From positions 6,758 to 70,757 of the forward strand of contig CALVWO010000001.1 of assembly GCA_944367465.1 (NCBI GenBank): a stretch of 64,000 bases of DNA, written 5' to 3'. Positions within the stretch are counted from its first letter, which is position 1. The number at the start of each line of letters is the position of its first letter. Origin of the DNA: an uncultured Clostridia bacterium (GTDB lineage Bacteria > Bacillota > Clostridia > Christensenellales > Borkfalkiaceae). The notes beneath the pieces were generated by a model. It saw only the letters and a list, made by a program, of their open reading frames with translations. It did no database searches and was not told the DNA's origin. This document shows, piece by piece, positions 1 to 9,489 of the stretch. A program made the position numbers and the translations under genes.

Positions 1-424
1 GCTGATTGGGTTTTTTATGAAGTTCCTCGCCCAGACCGACGCGGCGCAATGCCTCGGCAGCGCGACGGTGCCGCTCTTCACGATCCACACCGGCGATCGT
101 AAGCGCAAGCTCTACGTTGCCGAGCACAGTCTGGTGCGGGATCAGGTTATAGGACTGAAAGATAAAACCGATACGATGGTTGCGGTATACGTCCCAATCA
201 CGGTCTTTGAAATGAGTTGTGCTCGTGCCCTGTATTTCAAGATCGCCCGACGTGTAGTGATCGAGTCCTCCGATGATGTTGAGGAGCGTCGTCTTGCCGC
301 AGCCGGATGGACCGAGGATGCACACGAATTCGCTTTTGCGGAACTCGAGTGAGATACCCTTGAGCGCGTGAACGCTCCCGGACGTAACCTTGTATTCCTT
401 TGTGATGTCTGTCAGTCTGAGCAT
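1..424 (-). CDS. ABC transporter ATP-binding protein (MacB/LolD-like), N-terminal part only; gene runs off the window start
   Basis: Hand translation of the minus strand from ATG at 424-422 gives MLRLTDITKEYKVTSGSVHALKGISLEF... Walker A GPSGCGKTT and Q-loop FIFQSYNLIP are present. It is not in the ORF track because no stop lies inside the window. Confidence 0.85.
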   Translation of the reverse strand, partial: MLRLTDITKEYKVTSGSVHALKGISLEFRKSEFVCILGPSGCGKTTLLNIIGGLDHYTSGDLEIQGTSTTHFKDRDWDVYRNHRIGFIFQSYNLIPHQTVLGNVELALTIAGVDREERHRRAAEALRRVGLGEELHKKPNQ

Positions 425-489
425 TTACCTACCTCGTTTCCGATGAATTCGGGGCGCCCTTGCGGGCGCCCCGTTAATTTTATCTGCTG

Positions 490-942
490 TTATTGCCCCT
501 TCGCTTCTTTGATCGCCTTGTTGATCGCGTTGCTCAGTTCTTCGTACTGCGCAAAGAAGGACTTCATCTTTTCGTCGCCAAGAAGCTCGACCACGCGTGC
601 CATGATCGAATTTGCCTCCTTGCACTGATCTTCGAATACGGCGATCGTGTTCTCCGAAAGGCGGATATATGCAATTTTACGGTCTGTGGGAGAATCGACG
701 CGCTTGACGATCCCCTTCAGCTCGAGTTTTGTAACGATCTGAGAAATTGCCGAACGGGTAATGCCGAGGCGGCGGGCAAGCTCGGAAGAAATGATGCTCC
801 TGCCCTTTTCCTCTTCCATGATCACTTCTCTTAAAAGTCTGAACTCCGTCCTCGAAAGCTTCGCCACTCCTGCGAAGAAATCCATGTTCTCCATATCGCG
901 GACAACCTGGAAAAATTTTACGAGATATTCGTTGATTTCCAT
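490..942 (-). CDS. MarR-family transcriptional regulator
   Basis: 150 aa. Winged-HTH segment ELARRLGITRSAISQIVTKLELKGIVKRVDSPTDRKIAYIRLS. Lies directly upstream of the ABC ATPase on the same strand. Confidence 0.85.
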   Translation of the reverse strand: MEINEYLVKFFQVVRDMENMDFFAGVAKLSRTEFRLLREVIMEEEKGRSIISSELARRLGITRSAISQIVTKLELKGIVKRVDSPTDRKIAYIRLSENTIAVFEDQCKEANSIMARVVELLGDEKMKSFFAQYEELSNAINKAIKEAKGQ

Positions 943-1078
943 AAAAAACCTACACTCCTTTTGTTTTTTGCTCTTATTGGCAATCCCGTTTCTTATTATA
1001 ACATAAAAAACGTAATTGTCAACAAAATCGGATTAACTTTTTTATAAATTCACAATTCCTTCATAAAAGTTTCAGATT

Positions 1079-2197
1079 TTACTTAACAGGTCGTTTCCCC
1101 GCATACGTATACATACTACATGTTAACTTTGCGTTAAAAATATGCCTTTTTTTTGTTACTTTTCCGCCGAACGCGCGCTCGGCGCCGTCGTACGAGGAGA
1201 GAAAAACGCAACTCCAATCGGGCAGAGAACGATATACTTTTCCGAAATCTTTGTAGAGCGTGAAGAGGTCGCATCTGAGCCGTTCGCCATAGGGCGGATT
1301 GCTGATCAGAACGCCGTAGCGCTCAGCGGAGGAAAAACGGCGCATGTCCTGTACGGCAAAACGAATATCCTTTTCAACGCCCGCGCGTTTGGCGTGGAAC
1401 TGCGCGATCTCAATCGCCTGCGGGGAAATATCGGAGGCAAAGACCGGCGCGAGTTCCCCTCTCACTTCTTCCGCGGCAGCCTCCTCCCGAGCACGTGACA
1501 GCACTCCGGCTGGCGCGCATTTCCATTTTGTAAAATCGAAGTCTCGATATCTACCCGGCGCGATCCTGCGCATATAGAGCGCCGCCTCGATCGGGATCGT
1601 CCCGCTTCCGCAGAATAGATCGGCAAAGGGCTTCCCCGCATGAAAAAAGGAGCTCTCGACCATCGCCGCGGCAGTCGTCTCCCTGAGCGGCGCCTCATAA
1701 GTACGCACGCGATACCCGCGCTTATGCAGTCCGTCGCCCGAGGTATCGAGCGAGATCGTGGCGTTGTCGCGGTAAATTTCAAAATTGACGACGGCGCGCT
1801 CTCCACGCTCATCGAGTTCCGACACCCCGAGCTTTCTGCGCAGGCGTTCCACGATTGCTTTTTTGATCACGCCGCCCGTCGCTTTGATCGCCATAAGCGT
1901 ACTTTCGCGGCACTTTCCGTCCATCAGGATCTGTGTGTGCGGCGTGAAGTATTCTTCCCACGGGATCGCTGAAACGCCCTCGAACAGCGCATCGAAATCG
2001 GGCGCGCTGAACTGCTCCAGAACAAGGAGCACGCGTTCGCCCGCGCGCAGACGGACATTCAGCCGCGCAATATCTTCCCAATCCCCTTCCAGCGCGAGCC
2101 TGCCCTGTATGGCGGGACAATCGCCGTATCCGAGCGCGCGTAGCTCTCTCTTGACGGACGCCTCGACGCCCGACGCCGCGGGAATACTCAGTTTCAT
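1079..2197 (-). CDS. THUMP-domain class I SAM-dependent RNA methyltransferase (RlmL/YpsC-like)
   Basis: SAM motif I DLFCGSGTIPIEAA and motif IV NPPYGERL. Start moved to the ATG at 2197 (MKLSIPAASG), which is preceded by GGGAGGA; the track start at 2245 is less likely. Confidence 0.8.
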   Translation of the reverse strand: MKLSIPAASGVEASVKRELRALGYGDCPAIQGRLALEGDWEDIARLNVRLRAGERVLLVLEQFSAPDFDALFEGVSAIPWEEYFTPHTQILMDGKCRESTLMAIKATGGVIKKAIVERLRRKLGVSELDERGERAVVNFEIYRDNATISLDTSGDGLHKRGYRVRTYEAPLRETTAAAMVESSFFHAGKPFADLFCGSGTIPIEAALYMRRIAPGRYRDFDFTKWKCAPAGVLSRAREEAAAEEVRGELAPVFASDISPQAIEIAQFHAKRAGVEKDIRFAVQDMRRFSSAERYGVLISNPPYGERLRCDLFTLYKDFGKVYRSLPDWSCVFLSSYDGAERAFGGKVTKKRHIFNAKLTCSMYTYAGKRPVK

Positions 2198-2269
2198 ATA
2201 TCCTCCCATTTGTATCCGGGCGTAAAAAAGCGAACGCCCAGACAAGGCATCCGCATGATTACGCTCCTG

Positions 2270-2833
2270 TTATTGTTCCGATACGACGTCTGAGACCGTC
2301 GTCAGTTTTCGCCCGATCGTACAGATCCGCGTATCGCCCTTGCAGCCGCGCACGATGACATGCGGGCGCGGCCTGCCGTCATCCGACGGAACGGAAACCC
2401 GGGATCCTGCGCTTTCCGTTTCCGCCGGCAAAGTTTCCTGCGCGGGCGGGAGCGCATCGTCGGGTTCCGTCTTTTCTGTTTCGCTTGCGATCTGTTCCGC
2501 CTGCTCAGTTTTCTGCGGATTTTCCGGAGCCGTTTCCCGCTCCTCCGAAGGCGGTGCGGCGTCAGACGCGTCTTCCAACGCAACTTCTTCGCCGAACTGT
2601 TCCTTTACGGGCGGTTCCGGCAGGAGCCAGTCGGGGATATGGTCGGAAACGGGAGAAGATTGCACCTCGATGAGGCGGTTATGCGCCCGCGCGCACGGAA
2701 AGTCTTCCGTGCGGTTGCAATAGCGGCAGCGCGCGTACCGCCCGCACATATCCGCGCGGATCTTCTCGCTGTCCTTCCACTTTACAACGTCGAGATATTC
2801 CTGTAACGCCTGAAAAGTCATAACTTCCGCCAC
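2270..2833 (-). CDS. Hypothetical protein: N-terminal Cys cluster plus long acidic/Pro-rich low-complexity region
   Basis: 187 aa. Contains CGRYARCRYCNRTEDFPCARAH, then an E/P/A/T-rich stretch, then C-terminal RGCKGDTRICTIGRK. No family recognised. Confidence 0.5.
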   Translation of the reverse strand: MAEVMTFQALQEYLDVVKWKDSEKIRADMCGRYARCRYCNRTEDFPCARAHNRLIEVQSSPVSDHIPDWLLPEPPVKEQFGEEVALEDASDAAPPSEERETAPENPQKTEQAEQIASETEKTEPDDALPPAQETLPAETESAGSRVSVPSDDGRPRPHVIVRGCKGDTRICTIGRKLTTVSDVVSEQ

Positions 2834-2925
2834 CGCCTCGTCGATTTATATAGTTATATTATACGCTTTTCTGCGCTTTTTCGCAAGAGTCTTTTGGAAA
2901 AAATACAGAGAAATCAAAAAATAAT

Positions 2926-3747
2926 TCAATCTTCGTATTCATCGAGAAAGCTTCCGCGCCGCCCGCCCTTCCGCCATCCGACGATGCAGTCAAGGGCGAC
3001 GTTGTGCATGCTGCGGAAAACATTGTCCGCCGCGTCGGGATTGCTCTCCTCCATGTGCGCAAGCAGTTCCTTCATTTCGCGCCGCTTGCTCTCTTCCTCC
3101 TTGTTTGCAACGCGCTCGGTAAACCGACAGGCGCAATTGAGAAAAGAAAGATCGTTATACGCCGCCCACGCGACGATATCCCGTTCGCGGACAGCATACA
3201 GAGGCCGTATAAGCTCCATTCCCGCATGGCTTGTGGAGCGGAGTTTGGGCATCATCGTCTTGATCTCGGCGCCGTAGAACATGCTCAGGAGCGTTGTGCC
3301 GACAACATCGTCGAAATGATGCCCGAGCGCGATCTTGTTGCAGCCGCACTGTCGTGCAAATTCATAGAGGTATCCGCGGCGCATGCGGGCGCACAGGTAG
3401 CAGGGCGAGCCCGTATTCACGCTGTCGACCACAGCGAAAATATCGCTTCGGAAAATGCGGACGGGAACCTCCATGCGGGCTGCGTTTTCCTCGATGCGCG
3501 CGCGGTTCTGCGGCGCATAGCCGGGATCCATGACGATAAATTCAAGATCGAATTTCATTTCGCCGTGGCGTTGCAGTTCCTGCATGCACTTTGCAAGCAG
3601 GAAGGAATCTTTTCCGCCGGAGATGCAAACGGCGATCTTATCCCCTTCACTGACGAGATGATAGCGCTTCACGCTCTTGATAAAGGGACACCACAGTTCC
3701 TTCCGGTATTTTTTGATGATGGAGCGCTCGATTTCGGAAAAGCTCAT
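2926..3747 (-). CDS. ttcA: PP-loop ATPase, tRNA 2-thiocytidine synthase (TtcA) family
   Basis: 273 aa. PP-loop CISGGKDS. Cys motifs PCYLCARMRRG and FLNCACRF. ATGA overlap with the upstream gene. Confidence 0.75.
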   Translation of the reverse strand: MSFSEIERSIIKKYRKELWCPFIKSVKRYHLVSEGDKIAVCISGGKDSFLLAKCMQELQRHGEMKFDLEFIVMDPGYAPQNRARIEENAARMEVPVRIFRSDIFAVVDSVNTGSPCYLCARMRRGYLYEFARQCGCNKIALGHHFDDVVGTTLLSMFYGAEIKTMMPKLRSTSHAGMELIRPLYAVRERDIVAWAAYNDLSFLNCACRFTERVANKEEESKRREMKELLAHMEESNPDAADNVFRSMHNVALDCIVGWRKGGRRGSFLDEYED

Positions 3748-4604
3748 TTGCGCGCTCCGTTGAGAAAGGCATGCGCGGAATAGGCTGCCACGAGCCCTTC
3801 CCCGGCAGCCTTGACGTACTGATAGGGTCTGCCCGTCACATCTCCGGCGGCAAACAGCCCCGCAATATTCGTGGAACCGTCGCGCGCGGTCTTTACGGCG
3901 TCGCCTTCCGTCTCCAGTCCGCCCGCCAACGCAGCGGGAGGCGCCGAATTTTTCAGGAAAAAGACTCCGCTCACGGAGAGCGCGCCTTCGCCCGTGATCA
4001 GCCGCTCAACGCGCAGCCCGCCCTCGACGGCGCGCGGTTTCTCTTCATGAACGATGATGTTTTCTGACCGGAACGACGCGTTTTTATAGAGGCAGAACGC
4101 ATGGACTTTTTCGGCAAAGCCCGCGAGATACTCCACTTCCTCCCTGAACTTTTCGGAAGATACGACGGCGGCGATCGTTTTACCGCGGTAGAGTGCGCCG
4201 TCGCAAACGGCGCAATAGCTCACGCCGCGCCCGAGGAAATCGCGCTCCCCTTTTACGGCGCCCGCCGTCTCCACGCCCGTGGCGAGTATAACGGCTTTCC
4301 CCTGATACATTATGTCACCGACTGTGACGGTGAACGGATCGCCGGCATAAATGCCGTCTGCACGTCCCTGCGTAAAGGAGATATCCTCATGCTCCATCTG
4401 CGCTGCGAGACGGGCGGAAAATTCCTTTCCGTCGCCGATGAGTGCGGGAAAATTCCGAACATATTCCGCGCGGGTGAGCTTGTCGCCGAACAGCTCGGCG
4501 CCCAGCCAGAGACAGCTGCGTTTCAGACTTTTTAAGGTGAGCGCGGCGGTGTAACCTGCGATGCCGCCTCCCACAACGATCACATCGTATAGCGTATTTT
4601 TCAT
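3744..4604 (-). CDS. Thioredoxin-reductase-like FAD-dependent pyridine nucleotide-disulfide oxidoreductase
   Basis: 286 aa. FAD fold YDVIVVGGGIAGYTAA, redox CAVCDG, second dinucleotide motif, C-terminal GLFAAGDV. Confidence 0.8.
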   Translation of the reverse strand: MKNTLYDVIVVGGGIAGYTAALTLKSLKRSCLWLGAELFGDKLTRAEYVRNFPALIGDGKEFSARLAAQMEHEDISFTQGRADGIYAGDPFTVTVGDIMYQGKAVILATGVETAGAVKGERDFLGRGVSYCAVCDGALYRGKTIAAVVSSEKFREEVEYLAGFAEKVHAFCLYKNASFRSENIIVHEEKPRAVEGGLRVERLITGEGALSVSGVFFLKNSAPPAALAGGLETEGDAVKTARDGSTNIAGLFAAGDVTGRPYQYVKAAGEGLVAAYSAHAFLNGARK

Positions 4605-4635
4605 GCCGCAAGTATATCACGGCGCGGCACGCTTG

Positions 4636-5295
4636 TCAAGCGAGATCGACTTTTGCGAATCGTCTGACGCTCACGCGGTACGCAGCCAGATTGCACAGGA
4701 TATAGCAAACGACCCCTGCCGCAAGTACCGGAAGCTGTAAAAGCAGTTCGTGCGGGGAAATGCCGTCCCAGAATGAGAGCGCCGGAACGTGCGCCAACGT
4801 TTCCATAACGAGAACGACTGCAAGAACGGGCAAGATCGCCCTGACAAACGACGCGCCGACTTTGTACGCCGTTTTATAATATCCGGTAAAGAAAACGAGA
4901 TCGTACAGCGCAAAGGCGATCAGCATACAGCCGTAAAAAGCGATATTTGCATCGATGCCGGCGGCATTTCCGTACGGGAAAAGAAACGTACGCAGAACGG
5001 CAAACGGAAGAGAGACAACGATCTGGCTGAGCTGTGTGAAACACGCAAGGGCAAATTTCCCCTTCACGATCTCGTTCCGCGGGATCGGCAGAAGCGCGGA
5101 AAACAGCACATCGTTCGTCTCACGACCGTATTGGATCGTAAGCATGCTTGCAAGACATCCGAACAAAAATACGACTCCGTACGGATAGTTCGGAACGATG
5201 ACAAGCGCGCCGAGCGAGACAAAAATGTACAGAGTAGGATGCGCCGCAAGTCGCAATTCTTTATATATCAGGTTCTTTAACGACGCCCTCTTCAT
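4636..5295 (-). CDS. ABC-2 type transporter permease
   Basis: Polytopic hydrophobic protein immediately downstream of an ABC ATPase. Start set at ATG 5295 (MKRASLKNLIYKEL). Confidence 0.7.
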   Translation of the reverse strand: MKRASLKNLIYKELRLAAHPTLYIFVSLGALVIVPNYPYGVVFLFGCLASMLTIQYGRETNDVLFSALLPIPRNEIVKGKFALACFTQLSQIVVSLPFAVLRTFLFPYGNAAGIDANIAFYGCMLIAFALYDLVFFTGYYKTAYKVGASFVRAILPVLAVVLVMETLAHVPALSFWDGISPHELLLQLPVLAAGVVCYILCNLAAYRVSVRRFAKVDLA

Positions 5296-5992
5296 ACAGA
5301 AAATAGCCCTCCAACCCAGACATGGTACCATGTAAATTTGTGCAGTTACTTAAATACTCCGATTTCGGCGCGTTTCGTACGACGGAGCCGCCGCGGAGAT
5401 AGACAATGCTGTCGGCGCATTGCTCGAGGTCGGTAACGATCTGCGTGGAAAAGAGCACGCCGCATCCGTCGCGTTTCGCATGATCGCGGATCATACTGAG
5501 GATCTCCGCTCTCGCAACGGGATCGAGCCCGCTTGTCGGTTCGTCGAGCACAAGCAGTTTCGCCCTGTGCGAACATGCAAGCGCCAACAGAAATTTCACC
5601 TTCATGCCGTTGGAAAGTTCACGGAAACGCTTGCGTTCATCCAGAGAAAAATCATCGATAAAGCGTCGGTATGCCACGTCATCCCACATGCGGCAGAATC
5701 GTGCATAGACGCCTGCGATCATGCCGATCGGTTTATACGGATAGATTTCTGTTCCGCCGAATACGATACCGAGCTGTTCTCGGTCCGATTCGCTCTGTTT
5801 TCTGCCGCAGATGCGGACTGTTCCAGAGTCTGCGGCGGCGAGCCCCGCTATGATCCGGAGCAGCGTGCTCTTTCCGGCGCCGTTCCTGCCCATCAGTCCG
5901 ATGATGCGGCCCTGCGCAACGGAAAGAGAAACGTTATTCAAGGAAAAAGCGGGAAATTTTTTGCAGATCCCTTCTGCTTCAAGCAGATTCAC
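5261..5992 (-). CDS. ABC transporter ATP-binding protein
   Basis: 243 aa. Walker A GRNGAGKST, signature LSNGMKVK, Walker B LLVLDEPTSGLD. Confidence 0.9.
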   Translation of the reverse strand: MNLLEAEGICKKFPAFSLNNVSLSVAQGRIIGLMGRNGAGKSTLLRIIAGLAAADSGTVRICGRKQSESDREQLGIVFGGTEIYPYKPIGMIAGVYARFCRMWDDVAYRRFIDDFSLDERKRFRELSNGMKVKFLLALACSHRAKLLVLDEPTSGLDPVARAEILSMIRDHAKRDGCGVLFSTQIVTDLEQCADSIVYLRGGSVVRNAPKSEYLSNCTNLHGTMSGLEGYFLYEEGVVKEPDI

Positions 5993-6447
5993 TTCTCCTT
6001 CTCCTCCGCGTGTTCCATGATTTTTGCCGCGTAAGACAGCATGAGCTCGCTCTCCACGAGCGCGATGCCGCGTTCGCCCGCCGTCTCATTGCCGAGTACG
6101 ACGAGACGGCTTCCTGGGCTGAGACGGAATATCTCCCTTGCGCGTTTCGGAAGCACGATCTGCCCGCGCTCCCCCACCGTCGCAATTCCGAAGATGTGTT
6201 TCCCCTTGGGCGGAACGGGATATCCGAGCGCACGTTCGTCGTGCGAAACGAGCGCGTCCAGCGACGTTCCGTAAAATTCCGCAAGGGCAGCCGCATGTGC
6301 GAGGTCGGGCGTGCTTTCTCCCGTCTCCCATTTTCCCACCGCCTGCCGCGTTGCGCCCACGCGATCGGCGACCTCTTCCAGCGTGAGCCCCTTATCGCGG
6401 CGGAGGCGTGAAAGATTACAGGCGAGGTTGGACATACGATTTTTCAT
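5989..6447 (-). CDS. XRE-family HTH regulator fused to an AbrB/SpoVT-like domain
   Basis: HTH segment LTLEEVADRVGATRQAVGKWETGESTPD. C-terminal SpoVT/AbrB-like GERGQIVLPKRAREIF. Start at ATG 6447 is preceded by AAGGAG. Confidence 0.8.
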   Translation of the reverse strand: MKNRMSNLACNLSRLRRDKGLTLEEVADRVGATRQAVGKWETGESTPDLAHAAALAEFYGTSLDALVSHDERALGYPVPPKGKHIFGIATVGERGQIVLPKRAREIFRLSPGSRLVVLGNETAGERGIALVESELMLSYAAKIMEHAEEKEK

Positions 6448-6644
6448 ACTTGTTCTCCTTTTCATACATTGTATCATATTCCGCCCGGGCTTTCAACCAA
6501 CCGCCGCTTACAGGATATGTTTGCCACAGTTGCCTCTCATCTGTCCGGATTATACGTGATATTACTATAATTATATGGAAAGAATGTCCGTACGTATAAG
6601 ATTTATTTGACTTTCGCAGGTGCCAAAATTATAATATACTTTGT

Positions 6645-7193
6645 ATGGAGAACGGGAAAACAAAGAGCGCGGGGCGGAAGATTGCCGTGCTCGGCATACT
6701 GACAGGATGCGGGCTCGCCGCCTTTATGCTGGAGAGCCTTATTCCAATGCCCTTTTTACCCGGAGCCAAGCTCGGATTTGCGAACATTTTTTCGTTGCTT
6801 GCCCTGCTTTTATACGGGCTGCCCGAGGCGCTCATCGTCGTGCTTGTACGCACTTTTCTGGGAAGTCTGTTTGCGGGAAACCTCTCCATGCTGCTTTACA
6901 GCCTTACGGCGGGCGTCATTTCGACTGCCGTCTCCCGTATGCTGCTGTATGCGCTCCCCCGCGTCAGTTTTACAGCGATCTCCGTGGCGGGCGCGGTCGT
7001 TCACAATCTCGTACAGTTGTTCGTCTATTGCGGGCTCACGGGCACGATGCTTTTGTTCGTTTACGCACCCTATCTGTGCCTGATGGGCGCGGGTTCGGGC
7101 GTTATCATCGGTCTGATCGTCGCATGGACGCTGAAAGCGCTGCCGAAAAAGTTCTTTTCCGGGGCGCAGGACAGAAAGGAGGAAATCAAGTGA
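6645..7193 (+). CDS. Gx transporter family membrane protein (heptaprenyl diphosphate synthase component I-like)
   Basis: 182 aa with about 5 TM segments. Pattern LESLIPMPFLPGAKLGFANIFSLLAL. Its stop overlaps the rnfC GTG start. Confidence 0.65.
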   Translation: MENGKTKSAGRKIAVLGILTGCGLAAFMLESLIPMPFLPGAKLGFANIFSLLALLLYGLPEALIVVLVRTFLGSLFAGNLSMLLYSLTAGVISTAVSRMLLYALPRVSFTAISVAGAVVHNLVQLFVYCGLTGTMLLFVYAPYLCLMGAGSGVIIGLIVAWTLKALPKKFFSGAQDRKEEIK

Positions 7194-8482
7194 AGGCAAT
7201 CAAGGGCAAGCCCTTTTTCCGCGGCGTAAAACTTGCGGGGCATAAGGCGCCCACGGAGAACCTGCCCGTTGAACGGGCGGAGCCGCGCGGAGATGTCGCC
7301 ATTCCGCTTCGTCAGCATGCCGGCGCTCCGGCGGAGGCGATCGTCGCGGCGGGGCAGCACGTAATGCGCGGAGAACTCATCGCGAGAGCGGCGGGCGCCG
7401 TATCCGCGAATGTTCACGCCAGCGTTTCCGGCGAAGTCAAAGCGGTGGAAGAACGCGCGGACGGTCGCGGCGGACGCTGCGTACATATTGTGATCGCGCC
7501 CGACAAAGTGTGCGAGGATGCATTCCTGCCTCCCCTTTCCGCACCCGATGCGGAAGCGATCGTAGAGCGCATCGAGGCATGCGGCATCGTCGGGATGGGC
7601 GGCGCAGGATTTCCTGCGCACGTCAAACTCAGACCGCCCGTACCCGTCGATACGCTCATCGTGAACGGCGCGGAATGCGAACCTTATCTCACCTGCGACG
7701 ACGTTCTCATGAAGCACCGCAGTAAAGAGATCGTGCGCGGCGCAAAGTACATGGCGAAGGCGCTCGGCGTGAACAACATCATCGTTGCCATCGAGCGCAA
7801 TAAGCCCGAGGCGATCGCTCTGTTCGAGCAGACCGACCTTACCGTCGTCGCGCTGAAAAAACAATATCCGATGGGCGCGGAAAAACAGCTCATATACTGC
7901 TGTACCGGGCGGAAGGTCCCGCTCGGGAAACTTCCCGCTCATGCCGGCGTTATCGTACAGAACGCAGGCACCGCTTTTGCGGTATGCGAAGCGGTCGAAC
8001 GCGGAAAACCGCTCTTTGAGCGCATCGTCACCGTATCGGGCGGCGGGATCGCGTCTCCGAAAAATCTGATCTGTCCCGTCGGCATGCCCCTTTCCGATCT
8101 GATCGATGCGTGCGGCGGCGTAAAAGACGCCGTAAAGTTTGTTGCGGGCGGTCCCATGACGGGTACGGCGCTGACGGGTGCGGAAAGCGTCGTCACGAAG
8201 ACGACGAGCGGATTTTTGTTCCTGACCAGGGAAGAGACGAATGCCGACGCGCCCACGAACTGCATCAACTGCGGAAAATGTGCCGATGTATGCCCCATGA
8301 AACTCATGCCCATGCAGACGGAATTTTATACGAATGCAAAAGAGTATGAAAACGCCGATAAATACGGCGGCGTGCTGAGCTGCATCGAATGCGGCGCATG
8401 CACATATATCTGCCCTGCGCGCCGTCCGCTTGCTCAGGCGATCAAGACGGCGAAAGAGAATTTACGGAGGAAAAAAGCATGA
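7190..8482 (+). CDS. rnfC: Rnf electron transport complex subunit C
   Basis: GTG start at 7190 (VKAIKGKPFFRGVKL). Two ferredoxin motifs, CINCGKCADVCP and CIECGACTYICP. First gene of an rnfCDGEAB array. The 613-aa track ORF is a 5' over-extension. Confidence 0.9.
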   Translation: MKAIKGKPFFRGVKLAGHKAPTENLPVERAEPRGDVAIPLRQHAGAPAEAIVAAGQHVMRGELIARAAGAVSANVHASVSGEVKAVEERADGRGGRCVHIVIAPDKVCEDAFLPPLSAPDAEAIVERIEACGIVGMGGAGFPAHVKLRPPVPVDTLIVNGAECEPYLTCDDVLMKHRSKEIVRGAKYMAKALGVNNIIVAIERNKPEAIALFEQTDLTVVALKKQYPMGAEKQLIYCCTGRKVPLGKLPAHAGVIVQNAGTAFAVCEAVERGKPLFERIVTVSGGGIASPKNLICPVGMPLSDLIDACGGVKDAVKFVAGGPMTGTALTGAESVVTKTTSGFLFLTREETNADAPTNCINCGKCADVCPMKLMPMQTEFYTNAKEYENADKYGGVLSCIECGACTYICPARRPLAQAIKTAKENLRRKKA

Positions 8483-9489
8483 ATCTCATCGTATCTTCTG
8501 CGCCGCACATCCGTTCGCCGCGCACGACGAAACACATCATGCTTGATGTGCTCATCGCACTCCTCCCTGCCACAGCCGCGGGCATCGTGTTCTTCGGCTG
8601 GGTCGCCGCAGTCACCATTGTACTTGCAATGTTCACCGCCGTACTGACGGAATTCGTTTGGTATATCATCGAGCACAAGATCTGGCGGAACGGGAAAGAG
8701 ACGCTCGCAAACTTCGCCGCGCAGTTTGACTTTACCTCTCTCGTGACGGGGCTTTTGCTGGCGCTGTGCTGTCCTGCCTCGCTCGAGGCGCTCTATATGC
8801 CCGTACTCGGCGCAATCTTTGCGATCGCCGTTGTGAAAATGCTCTTCGGCGGAACGGGAAAAAATATCGTCAATCCTGCGATCGCCGGGCGCGTGTTCCT
8901 CTTTATCTCCTTTATGGCGATGGTTTCCTATCCCGAGGCAAATTTCGCCCCGCTCCTTTCTTATACAGACGGCGCGCTCTCTACGGGGGCAACGCAGCTC
9001 GGGAATTTTCTGAAAGGAACCGCAACGATCTCCGATCTCGACCTGTTCCTCGGAACGGGCGTGGCGGGATGCATCGGCGAAACGTGCAAACTTGCCCTTC
9101 TTGCAGGGTACGTCTATCTCTGCGTGCGCGGCGTTATCAAATGGTACCTGCCCCTCCTCTATATCGGCGTATGCGGTCTGTTTTCGGTCGCGCTGGAAGG
9201 TTTTGATTTTTCGGCGTTCCTGCCCTCCGTGCTTTCGGGCGGTCTCTTCCTCGGCGCGATGTTCATGGCGACAGATTATGTGACATCTCCGAAATCGAAA
9301 CTCGGCAATATCATTTACTTTGTTGCGCTCGGTCTGCTGACGGCAGGACTGCGAAAGGCTACTGGCATCGAGGTCGTTTCCTTCTGTATCCTGCTCATGA
9401 ATTTCCTCGTATTCCTCATCGATCTTGCGATCAAACCCCGTCCCTTCGGATTTGTGCGGGCAAAAAAGACGAAGGAGGCGAAAAAATGA
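8479..9489 (+). CDS. rnfD: Rnf complex subunit D
   Basis: Starts MNLIVSSAPHIRSPRTT. Polytopic. Overlaps the rnfC stop (ATGA). Conserved FMATDYVTSP. Confidence 0.9.
   Translation: MNLIVSSAPHIRSPRTTKHIMLDVLIALLPATAAGIVFFGWVAAVTIVLAMFTAVLTEFVWYIIEHKIWRNGKETLANFAAQFDFTSLVTGLLLALCCPASLEALYMPVLGAIFAIAVVKMLFGGTGKNIVNPAIAGRVFLFISFMAMVSYPEANFAPLLSYTDGALSTGATQLGNFLKGTATISDLDLFLGTGVAGCIGETCKLALLAGYVYLCVRGVIKWYLPLLYIGVCGLFSVALEGFDFSAFLPSVLSGGLFLGAMFMATDYVTSPKSKLGNIIYFVALGLLTAGLRKATGIEVVSFCILLMNFLVFLIDLAIKPRPFGFVRAKKTKEAKK

Noticed and set aside
6641-8482. 613-aa ORF suggesting a much longer RnfC
   Set aside because: The first 549 nt overlap the Gx-transporter gene in another frame and translate to Arg/Ala-rich junk. 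The conserved RnfC sequence begins at the GTG at 7190.
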